From NCBI GenBank assembly GCA_030390025.1, contig CM059430.1, positions 38,812,001 to 38,876,000 of the forward strand: a stretch of DNA of 64,000 nucleotides, given 5' to 3'. The notes under the pieces are model-generated. The model worked only from the letters and a program-made list of their open reading frames with translations. It was not told the origin of the DNA and ran no database searches. How positions within the stretch are numbered: position 1 is the first letter of the stretch; each line of letters opens with the position of its first letter. Shown piece after piece: positions 39,448-50,700 of the stretch. This DNA is from Squalus acanthias. Its lineage: Eukaryota. Both the position numbers and the translations under genes were made by a program.

Positions 39448-39870
39448 GGGCAGCACGGTGGCATAGTGGTTAGCACTGGTGCCTCACAGCGCCAGAGACC
39501 CGGGTTCGAATCTGACCTCGGGTGACTGTCTGTGTGGAGTTTGCGCATTCTCCCCGTGTCTGCGTGGGTTTCCTCCGGGTGCTCCGGTTTCCTCCCACAG
39601 TCCAAAAATGTGCGGGTTAGGTTGATTTGGCTATGATAAAATTGACCCTTAGTGTTAGGGGGGGATTAAATATATGGGGATAGGATGGGATATGTTAGGG
39701 GGAATTAAATTCGTGGGGTTACGGGGGTAGGGTGGGATATGTGTACTGTGGGGATTAAAGTAGGGACAGGGTACTGGATTTGGATGATCAGCCATGATCG
39801 TATTGAATGGTGGAGCAGGCTCGACGGGCTGAATGGCCTACTCCTGCTCCTAGATTCTATGTTTCTATGT
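39448..39870 (+). mobile_element. tRNA-derived V-SINE (HE1-like) with a CR1 3' tail
   Basis: A box tggcatagtggtt, B box ggttcgaatc, V-domain-like gtggagtttgc..ttctccccgtgtctgcgtgggtttcctccggg, and a tail matching the CR1 at about 6325-6433. Confidence 0.9.
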
Positions 39871-41399
39871 AAAATATTTGTTCAAAGTCTCTGCCATTAT
39901 CTTGTTTCCCATTATTAATTCCCCAGTCTCATGCTCTAAGGGACCAACATTTACCAGAGCTACTCTTCTCCTTTTTATATACTTGTAGAAGCTCTTACTG
40001 TCTGTTTTTATATTTCTTGCTAGTTTACTCTCATAATCTATTCTCTCCCTCTTTATTATTTTTTTAGTCATCCTTTGCATGTTTCTAAAAATTTCCCAAT
40101 CTTCTGGCCTACCACTAATCTTCGCAACATTGTATGCCTTTTCTTTCAATTTGATACCCTCCTTAACTTCCTTAGTTAGCAGGGGATGGTTCATCCTTCT
40201 CATAGAGTCTTTCTTTCTTACTGGAATATATCTTTGTTGAGAGTTATGAAATATCTCCTTAAAAGCCTGCCACTACTTATCTACCGTCTTACCTTTTAAT
40301 CTATTTTTCCAGTCCACTTTAGCCAATTCTGACTTCATACCCTTGTAATTGCCTTTATTTAAGTTTAAGACACTAGATTCAGACCCAAGTTTCTCACCCT
40401 CAAACTGAATGTGGAATTCCAGCATGTTATGATCACTCTTCCCTAGAGGATCCTTTACTATGAGATCATTAATTAATCCTGTCTCATTACACATCACCAG
40501 ATCTAAAATAGCCTGTTCCCTGGTTGGTTCCACAATGTATTGTTCTAAGAAACTGTCCTGAATACACTCTATTAACTCGTCCTCAAGGCTACCTTTGCCA
40601 ATTTGATTTGTCCAATCTATATGAAGATTAAAATCGCCCATGATTATTGCAGTACCTTTCTTACAAGCCCCCATTATTTCTTGATTTATACTCTGTCCAA
40701 CAGCGTAGCTACTGTTTGGGGGCCTATAGACTACTCCCACCAGTGACTTCTTTCCCTTATTATTTCTTATCTCCACCCAAACTGATTCTACATCTTGATC
40801 TTCTGAGCCAAGATAATTTCTCACTATTGCACTGATCTCATCCTTTACTAACAGAGCTACCCCACCTCCTTTTCTTTTCTGCCTATCCTTCCAAAATGTC
40901 AAATACCCCTGAATATTCAGTTCCCAGCCTTGGTCTCCTTGCAACCACGTCTCGTAATGGCTATCAGATCATACTCATTTATTTCTATTTGTGCTGTCAA
41001 TTCATCTATCTTGTTTTGAATGCTGCGTGCATTCAGATAAAGAGCCTTTCATTTTGTCTTTTTAACATTTTTCCCTACTCTGACCCTATTTGCTGGTGCG
41101 CTCTTATGCTTGTACGCTCTGTTCCTTCCTGTCACACTCTGGTTGTCATTACCCCTATCGCTACCCTGCTCTATTGCCTTGTCCTTTCTCTTTAACTTTC
41201 TAAGTTTCCTCTTACCTGAACCCTCCCCCCCACTATTTAATTTAAAGCCCTATCTATAGCCCCAGTTATTCGATTTGCCAGGACACTGATCCCAGCACGA
41301 ATCGAATAACTAGGGCTATAAAAAGGCGCTATATAAATGCAAGTCTTTTTTTTAGAAACCATTAATTTTCTTTTTAGTCACTTACTTACTGCCTTTGAA

Positions 41400-41858
41400 A
41401 CACCTGACAACAGGTGTTGGTAATGGTCCTACTATAAACATTTACACCTCCTCTGAATCCATCTTTTGTTTATTCATTGTCCCATTACCACCACCTTTTG
41501 CCTTGCACCAACATCCCTTTTGTCATTTAATCACTACTGCCCTCCACCCTATCACAGACCACCTTTTGGTCTTTCCTCCTCCCCCAACACCCTGTTTTTT
41601 CACTGTCTCTGGACTAGCTTATAAACTGTTAAATCTCTAACTTCTTCCAGTTCTGGTGAAAGGTAATTGATCAATCTGAAACATGCTGACAACCTGAAAC
41701 ACTCAGCAAGTTAGGCAGCATCTGTGGAGAGAGAAACAGAGTTGTTTCAAGCCAGAAGCGTTAGCCCTGTTTCTCTCTCCACAGATGCTGCCTGATCTGC
41801 TGGTGCTTCCAGCATTTTTTGTTTTTCAGATTTCCAGCATCTGCAATATTTTGCTTTT
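41400..41858. mobile_element. Penelope 3' UTR / terminal fragment with a degenerate hammerhead core and hairpin
   Basis: Pyrimidine-rich UTR, ttCTGGTGAaaggt..ctGAAAC at about 41651-41682, then ggcagcatctgtggagagagaaacag / ctgtttctctctccacagatgctgcc inverted arms. Confidence 0.65.
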
Positions 41859-43222
41859 TTAATGTATAATTGTAGGTGTGTTATTCTCAAGGACTAGGGC
41901 TAATTGACAACAAATTGAATCCAAGTTACTTGCTGACCCTGCTTATTTGATGCACAACCATACTGTTAGCTACTGTGACAAATCCCACTGTACTGTTACT
42001 GTATATAATTAGAGGCAAAACTAGTTTAGCGTATCAATACAAATAAATACACTGCACTTTGTATAAATGCAAAACTAGGGAAAATAGAAAATGGTTACCC
42101 ATGCCCAGTGAGTCTATTTTCCAGAAGATGGCTTTTGTTTCTGCTTCCAGACAGTATTGATATGTTAAACCAAGAAGACCTCATTTGAATGGTGTCAACA
42201 CTCACCTGTAGATCATTCAACTTGGAGATGGAATGGTTAGATCAATAGAACCATTGATTTGCATTCCGTGCAGTTTAAAGGCTAATTGATCATTTAAGCC
42301 CATGACCCAAGACTGAGGAAGAGACCATACCATGAAAACATGGGAAATTATACAATCCAGTGTGAAATAGAATTGAAAGTGAAAGCTGGAGTGTGTTATG
42401 AAGTGTTGGCAAAGAAACAGACTACATTCACTGCTGTTAGGAGCAGTTTGTATTTTTTTATACAAAACAAATTATTTACTGCCGTCATTGTCCATAAGCC
42501 TGCGCTATTCATATGCCCTATTTGGTTAATTTCCGTAAATACATCTAGTTAATTCAGAAAATCTAGTTAATTCAGGATCTAAGCCCATTTTGCACATGGT
42601 GTCTTCTAGAGGGGCTTGGAGAGAAATAAAGTGCATTGGACAATTTGATCTAAGATCATGCAAGTGTTAAAGGGTACAAGAATTTTGCACATGGGTTTTT
42701 CAGAATCTTTTAACTTTCTTACTGTCCTCGAAACACTTAGGTTGGACTCCTTTAGTATAAGCTCGCTCCATAAAATCAGTGACACGGCCTCACGGTCTTT
42801 GAGGCTCTATAAAGAAAACTGCTCAATCCAGAAATTTAAAAAAAAAGCTGGAATTTGCCTACGTGTGTTTTTTAAATTCTTTCCTGGGATGTGGGCGTCG
42901 CTGGCAAGGCCAGCATTATTGCTCATCGCTAATTGCCCTTGAGAAGGTGGTGGTGAGCCGCCTTCTTCAACCGCTACAGTCTGCGTGGTGAAGGTACTCT
43001 CATAGTGCTGTTCGGGAGGGAGTTCCAGGATTTTGACCCAGCGACTATGAAGGAACGGCGATATATTTCCAAGTCAGGCTGGTGTGTGACTTGGAGGGAA
43101 CTTGGAGGTGATGGTGTTCCCATGCACCTGCTGCCCTTGTCCTTCTAGGTGGTAGAGGTTGTGGGTTTGGGAAGTGCTGTCGAAGAAGCCTTGGCGAGTT
43201 GCTGCAGTGCATCTTGTAGATA

Positions 43223-45624
43223 AAAATGAGAAGTCGCACAACACCAGGTTATAGTCCAACAGTTTTATTTGAAATCACGAGCTTTCGGAGCGCTGCTCCT
43301 TCGTCAGGTAAAGTGAAGGAATACAAATCAGCAAAGCATATATAGACAGAGAACAATGTGTAGCGTACAATGTCAGACGACTACAGTAAATCTTTCTGAC
43401 TGCCCTCCATCACACCTCGGCAGAGATACAATCAGGCCAGTCAGGAAGGCATTACATCAAAGACACAGCAAAATACAGCTAAGACAATGAGGTGGGGTCA
43501 CAGGGGGTCCAACGTGTCAAATGCTGCAATCTGTATGGTTAAGCTTTTTACTTTTTTTTAAAACTGGAAATCACATCTGTGAACAAGCCAACGACGACTC
43601 GAGTCTGGATGACTCTACGTCATGTAGCGTGACATGAAAGCAAGATCCCGGTTGAGGCCATCCTCATGGGTGCGGAACTTGGCTATCAGTTTCTGCTCGA
43701 TGATTTTGCGTTGTCGTGTGTCTCGAAGGCTGCCTTGGAGAACGCTTACCCCAGCTTCTGTCGCGACACTACAGACTTCTTACAGAAACTCAGCACCCAT
43801 GGACCAGTTGAACCAGGAACACTCCTTGCCACGATGGACGTATCGGCACTCTACGCCAGTATCCCCCACGATGACGGCATCGCTGCGACAGCCTCAGTAC
43901 TCAACACCAACAACAGCCAATCTCCAGACGCCATCCTACAACTCATCCGCTTCATCCTTGACCACAATGTCTTCACCTTCGACAACCAGATTTTTACCCA
44001 AACACACGGAACAGCCATGGGGACCAAATTCGCACCCCAATACGCCAACATCTTCATGCACAAGTTCGAGCAGACTTCTTTGCTGCACAGGACCTCCAAC
44101 CAACGCTGTACACCAGATACATCGACGACATTTTCTTCCTTTGGACCCACGGCGAAGGATCACTGTAAGGACAACACGATAACATCAACAGGTTCTATCC
44201 CACCATCAAACTCACCATGGACTACTCCTCAGAATCGGTTTCATTCTTGGACACACGAATCTCCATCAAAGACGGACACCTCAGCACTTCACTCTACCGC
44301 AAGCCCACGGACAACCTCACGATGCTCCACTTCTCCAGCTTCCACCCTAACCACGTTAAAGAAGCCATCCCCTATGGACAAGCCTTGCGAATACACAGGA
44401 TCTGCTCAGACGAGGAGGAACGCGATGGACACCTACGGACGCTGAAAGACGCCCGCGTAAGAACGGGATATGACGCTCGACTCATCGATCGACAGTTCCG
44501 ACGGGCCACAGCGAAAAATCGCATAGACCTCCTCAGAAGGCGAACACGGGACACAACCAACAGAGTACCCTACGTCATCCAGTACTTCCCCGGAGCGGAG
44601 AAACTACGCCATGTTCTTCGCAGCCTTCAACATGTCATCGATGACGACGAACACCTCGCTAAGGCCATCCCCACACCTCCACTACTCGCCTTCAAGCAGC
44701 CGCCTAACCTCAAAAGTACCATAGTTCGCAGCAAATTACCCAGCTGTCAGGAGAACAGCGACCACGACACCACACAACCCTGCCACGGCAACCTCTGCAA
44801 GACATGCCAGATCATCAACACAGATACCATCATCACACGTGAGGACACTACCCACCAGGTACATGGTACATACTCATGTGACTTGGCCAACATTGTCTAC
44901 CTCATACATTGCAGGAAAGGATGCACCGCAGCATGGTACACGGCGAGACCATGCAGACACTGAGACAACGTATGAACGGATACCGCGCAACAATCGCCAG
45001 GCAGGATTGTTCCCTCCCAGTTGGGGAACACTTCAGCAGTCAAGGACATTCAGCCTCGGATCTGCGGGTAAGCATTCTCCAAGGCGGCCTTCGAGACACA
45101 CGACAACGCAAAATCATCGAGCAGAAACTGATAGCCAAGTTCCGCACCCATGAGGATGGCCTCAACCGGGATCTTGCTTTCATGTCACGCTACATGACGT
45201 AGAGTCATCCAGACTCGAGTCGTCATTGGCTTGTTCACAGATGTGATTTCCAGTTTTAAAAAAAAGTAAAAAGCTTAACCATACAGACTGCAGCATTTGA
45301 CACGTTGGACCCCCTGTGACCCCACCTCATTGTCTTAGCTGTATTTTACTGTGTCTTTGATGTAATGCCTTCCTGACTGGCCTGATTGTATCTCTGCCGA
45401 GGTGTGATGGAGGGTAGTCAGAAAGATTTACTGTAGTCGTCTGACATTGTACGCTACACATTGTTCTCTGTCTATATATGCTTTGCTGATTTGTATTCCT
45501 TCACTTTACCTGACGAAGGAGCAGCGCTCCGAAAGCTCGTGATTTCAAATAAAACTGTTGGACTATAACCTGGTGTTGTGCGACTTCTCATTTTTGTCCA
45601 CCCCAGTCCAACACCGGCATCTCC
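43223..45624 (+). mobile_element. Penelope-like retroelement (RT plus GIY-YIG), 5'-truncated, with inverted terminal repeats of about 530 bp
   Basis: LATMDVSALYASIPH, GTAMGTKFAPQYANIFM, RYIDD, SFLDT..LYRKPTD, NIVYLIHC..WY.GET (GIY-YIG). 43223-43750 is the reverse complement of 45066-45594. 14-bp TSD gcatcttgtagata. Confidence 0.95.
45501..45545 (+). ncRNA. Minimal type I hammerhead ribozyme-like motif (mirror copy on minus strand at about 43272-43316)
   Basis: CUGACGA-aGGAGC agc GCUCC-GAAA-GC-UC-guga: conserved core, stem II, and tiny palindromic stem III, in a Penelope terminal repeat. Confidence 0.65.
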
Positions 45625-47360
45625 GCATCTTGTAGATAGTACACACTGCAGCCACGGTACGCCAGTGGTGGAGGGAGTGAATGTTTAAGGTAGTGGATGG
45701 GGTGCCAATCAAGTGGGCTGCTTTGTCCTGGATGGTGTCGAGCTTCTTGAGTGTTGTTGGAGCTGCACTCATCCAGGCAAGTGGAGAGTATTCCATCACA
45801 CTCCTGACTTGTGCCTTGCAGATGGTGGAAAGGCATTGGGGAGTCAGGAGGTGAGACACTCGCTGCAGAATACCCAGCCTCTGACCTGCTCTTGTAGCAA
45901 CAGTGTTTAAGTGGCTGGTCCAGTTAAGTTTCTGGTCAATTGTGATCCCCAGGATGTTGATGTTGGGGGATTCGGCAATGGTAATGCCATTGAATGTCAA
46001 GAGGCGGTGGTTAGACGCTCGCTTGTTGGAGATAGTCATTGCCTGGCACTTGTGTGGCGCGAATGTTACCTGCCACTTATCAGCCCAAGCCTGAATGTCG
46101 TCCAGGTTGCTGCATGCGAGCATAGACTGCTTCATTATCTGAGGAGTTGCGAATGGAACTGAACACTGTGCAGTCAGCAGTGAGCATCCCCACTTCTGAC
46201 CTTATGATGGATGGAATGTCATTGATGAAGCAGTTGAAGATGGTTGGGCCTAGGACACTGCCCTGAGGAACTCCTGCAGTGATGTCCTGGGGCTGAGATG
46301 ATTGGCCTCCAACAACCACAACCATCTTCCTTTGTGCTAGGTATGACTCCAACCAGTGGAGAGTCTTTCCCCTGATTCCCATTGACTTCAATTTTACTAG
46401 GGCTCCTTGATGCCACACTTGGTCAAATGCTGCCTTGATGTCAAGAACAGTCACTCTCACCTCACCTCTGGAATTCAGCTCTTTTGTCCATGTTTGGACC
46501 AAGGCTGGATCATCCACTTGACACCTTTGGCTGAAGATGGTTGCCTTGTCTTGCCTTGTCTTTTGCACTTGCGTGCTGGGCTCCGCCATCATTGAGGATG
46601 GGGATGTTCATGGAGCCTCCTCCTCCCATCAGTTTTTTAATAGTCCACCACCATTCACGACTGGATGTGGCAGGACTGCAGAGCTTTGATCTGATCCGTT
46701 GGTTGTGGGATCGCTTAGCTCTGTCTATAGCATGCTGCTTCCATTGTTTAGCATGCAAGTAGTCCTGTGTTGCAGCTTCCCCAGGTTGGCACCTCATTTT
46801 TAGGTACGCCTGGTGCTGCTCAGGCATGCTCTTCTACACTCCTTATTGAACCAGGGTTGGCCCCCTGGCTTGATGGTAATGGTAGAGTGAGGGATATGCC
46901 GGGCCATGAGGTTACAGATTGTGGTGGAAATCAATTCTGCTGCTGCTGATAGCCCATAGCGCCTCATGGATGCCCAGTTTTGAGCTGCAAGATCTGTTCT
47001 GAATCTATCCTATTTAGCACGGTGGTAATGCCACACAACATGATGGAGGGCGTCCTCAGTGTGAAGACAGGACTTCGTCACCACAAGGACTGTACGGTGG
47101 TCACTGCTACCAATACTCTCATGGACAGATGCCTCTGTAACAGGTAAATTGGTGAGGATGAGGTCAAGTTGGTTTTTCCCTTGTGTTGGTTCTCTCACCA
47201 CCTGCTGCAGGCCCAGTCTGGCAGCTATGTCCTTCAGGACTCGGCCAGCTCGGTCAGTAGTGGTGCTACCGAGCCACTCTTGGTGATAGACAATGAAGTC
47301 CCCCACCCAGACTACATTCTGTGCCCTTGCTACCCTCAGTGCTTCTTCCAAGTGGTGTTC

Positions 47361-47722
47361 ATAGAATAGAATAATAGAATGGTTACGGCACGGAAGACCA
47401 TTTGGCCCGTCGAGCCCGTGCCGACTCTCAGCTAATCCCACTCCTCTGCCCTTTTCCTGTAGCCCTGCAAATGTTTTTCCTTCAGATACTTAGCCAACTC
47501 CCTTTTTCAGGCAGTGCATTCCAGATCTTAACCACTTGCTGTGTAAAAAAGTTTATGTTGCCTTTGGTTTTTTTGCCAGTCACCTTAAATCTGTGTCCTC
47601 TGGTTCTTGACCCTTCTGCCAATGGGAACAGTTTCTCTCTCTCTACTCTGTCCAGACCCCTCATGATTTTGAACACCTCTATCAAATCTCCTCTCAATCT
47701 TCTCTGCTCCATGGAGAACAAC
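47361..47722 (-). mobile_element. CR1 3' fragment inserted in LINE B
   Basis: LFSMEQRRLRGDLIEVFKIM; flanked by gtgttca. Confidence 0.88.
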
Positions 47723-50700
47723 ATAGTGTTCAACATGGAGGAGTGCTGATTCATCAGCTGAGGGAGGGCGGTAGGTGGTAATCAGCACGTTTGACCTGAT
47801 GCCATGAGACTTCATGGGATCCAAAGTCAATGTTAAGGACTCCCAGGGCCACTCCCTGCCGACTGTATACCACTGTGCTGCCAACTCTGGTAGGTCTGTC
47901 CTGCCCGTGGGACAAGACATACCCAGGGATGGTGATGGAGGAGTCTGGGACATTGACAGAAAGGTATGATTCAGGGTGTTGCTTGTCTCGTCTGTGGGAC
48001 AGCTCTCCCCATTTTGGCACATGTCCCCAGATGTCAGTGAGGAGGACTTTGCAGAGTCAACTGGGCTGGGTGTGCTGTTGTCGTGTCCAAAGCCAGTGCT
48101 GGGTGGTCCGTCCTGTTTTATTATTGTTGTTTCTTGTAGCGGTTTGTTACAACTGAGTGGCTTGCTAGGCCATTTCAGAGGGCAGTTAAGAGTCAACCAC
48201 ATTGCTGTGGGTCTGGAGTCACATATGGGCCAGACCAGGTAAGGACGGCAGATTTCCTTCCCTAAAAGGACATTAATGAACCAGATGGGTTTTTACGACA
48301 ATCCAATCGTTTCATGGTCACCATTACTGATACTAGCTTTTTATTCCAGATTTATTTAATTAACTGCATTTTAAATTCCACAGCTGCCCTGGTGGGATTT
48401 GAACTCATGTCTCCAGACCTCTGGATTTTTAGTCCAGTAACATAACCACTATGCTACCGTTCCCATAATGTATGTATAACAATAGATCTGTTTGTTATTC
48501 ACAAGGCCTTCGGCTATTTGACAACAAATAAATTCCAAGTTACCATGTAACCTTTAGGCCTTAGCTGCAGGGGTAGAACATCTGGCTTGAAAGGGATGCA
48601 AGTTTCACTTATAAGATGTGCTAAGATTGTTGCAAGGAGGAATGTCTCATTTAAATATCCAAAAAACTACAACATAGAAGTGGCTGAGTTAAGAGATACC
48701 TGTCCCGTCTTCAGTACATTAGCAGTAAATGCTCTTGTCCCAGTTTTAAAAAAAAATATAGGTAACTACTTCGAAACACAAAATGCTTTCACTTTAGAGA
48801 CTACCTAACTTGAGACTGAAATTATGATTCAGCCCTTCCAAGCTTCAGTAAGATGCAACATGATTAATTCCTGTGCATCTGCCTGCTATTGTAATAAATA
48901 AAATGGGGAAAAAACCTGTAGTTCTCTGCACACTGGCAACTCTTGGAAATACATTATTGCAATGGAAATCATCTGAAAGAAACTCATCTCTATGGAAATA
49001 TTAATGCTGGGTTCTTCTCTGTAGTCTTGCATTCCATTGTACTAATGTTGTATAAATCTAAACTTTTTTTTACTCTAGGCAGCGATTATTTGCAACACCA
49101 GTGGGTTGGATCAGATTCTGATTGGTCCCCGTGGAGAACAACAACAGCCAACAGTTTGTCTGGAATATATAATTTGATCCTGTTTGCTGTAGGCAACCCT
49201 GCAATGTGCAACCTGATCCAGTGTTGTTAGTCAGCCTACAGGAAGTGGAAGTGTAGTTAAGTTTTATGAGGATCCTCTTATCTAGTGCTCAGCAATTATA
49301 ATTATAGTTATCCTTGGCTGGGAAAAGACTTTTTACTCTAATTAGTGAGTTAGTTACTTCTTTGGAGTTTTATGTTTGTTTCCCCCTTTTGGAAGTGATA
49401 AAAATTCTTTAATTCTGAATGACAGGTCTGTGTGTGGTGTGCAGGGTGCATGCGTGTATCCAACCTTCTGGCACACCAGTGAGCTCAAATTGGGGAGGCG
49501 CCGTTTACCATCTCGGCGTGTGGGAAGGGATTCACTAATTCATCCGGCTGGAAGAACATGATCCACGTCTAACAGGGGGGTGGGGGGGGAAAAGAGGGCA
49601 GGGGATGGAAATGTGATCTGTTCTCCCATCTGGATCACGTTCTTTCTCATTCCCATGGTTTGCTCCATGCTCCAACTCTCCCCCCCACGCAGAGTGCCTA
49701 ATCTTCTCCCCTCTCGAGTTCCCAAGCTGCTCTTCCTGCCCCCAAGAGTTCCTGACCTTCTCTCCCCCCCATCTCCAAGCTCCTCCAATCCCCTGACCTT
49801 CTCCACAGGGAGGAAAGTGTGGTTGAGGCTGCAGGCCTGCGGCTAGGCGCATGCGGGACCACTAGGTTCGTATGCGTGGTTCCGGTGGGGGACGGGACAG
49901 TTTAGGCCCGGCACACATGCGCATAAGACCCCTTACAAATAATCATTTACACACGAGAAAGGGCCAGTGTTATCTGGAGATTTTCAAGTTGAAAGGCGTT
50001 ATCTAATAATCTTAACAGGTGTGAAATTTTCTGGAAACTCAGCTAGCTCCTTTCAGAAAGAGATTACCTGGTATCATCTTTATCATTTGAATAAAGAGAT
50101 CCTTCACACAGATCTGTCAAGAGTAGGGATGCCATTTCAGACAAAGGCTCATTCTCCCCTTCATCTTAACAAGCATCAATTCTGCACAAAACCACTGAGC
50201 GCAATGAAATACTAACTGTAATTGGAGGCAAAAAGAACTAAACTCCCAAGAATGTATTAGTATATCCTATTTCCAATCCTCTGCCACACCAAATAGAAAA
50301 GTCCCCAGTGTTAAGTTTAAAAAAAAACACACCCCCATAAAAAATTCATGCTCAAATCATGGAAATTTGTACTTGGTGAGTAATTACCATTCAAATTACT
50401 CACCAACAAAGTCACAGTTAAACCAGAGCACCCCCCAACACACAATGACATTCTACAAAATCATTTTAGGTCTCCTTCCTTGTTTGACTTCAAATATATA
50501 TTTTTCCATTTGATCACATGGAGATGCAAAGCACGGTGACAAATAATTTAAATGTCCTTGGTAGTTTTTATTTTCCACTTCAGGACTATTATAAAATGAG
50601 ATTATCTTGCTGGTTAATATGCAGCTACTAGACAAAATTACTAGAATTCCATTTAATTGTAGCCCCACAAGTCAAAAGAATGAACAGTATTTTTTTAACC

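Larger units (their letters stand above)
36882..41298 (-). mobile_element. CR1 LINE, near-complete ORF2 (same family as 18166-22045), with nested MITE and SINE
   Basis: ORFs 40273..40944 (EN), 39865..40203, 38913..39440 (RT) and 36972..37529. ORF1 C-terminus SVLANRITGAIDRALN* at the 5' end. Confidence 0.92.
35683..41352 (+). mobile_element. Deu-domain SINE split into four pieces (35683-35865, 36188-36236, 36865-36881, 41321-41352)
   Basis: The pieces are collinear with the intact copy at 34955-35248: ..cattacaaca | gtgactacacttcaaaag..gtaaagcacttt | tcctgatgtcatgaaa | ggcgctatataaatgcaagtcttt. Confidence 0.7.
42870..48464 (-). mobile_element. LINE family B, apparently full length, with tRNA-like 5' head; Penelope and CR1 insertions and an internal deletion
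   Basis: Homologous to 30105-32695 and extends through the EN N-terminus (PKWGELSHR..ESYL..ITIPGY..QDR) into about 430 bp of UTR with Pol III A and B boxes. Confidence 0.88.

Noticed and set aside
39448-39525. tRNA gene
   Set aside because: It is a SINE head: followed by a V-domain and CR1 tail and inserted inside a CR1.
43223-43750. Assembly artefact (inverted duplication)
   Set aside because: The arms differ by a few substitutions, a 14-bp TSD flanks the unit, and inverted termini are typical of Penelope insertions.
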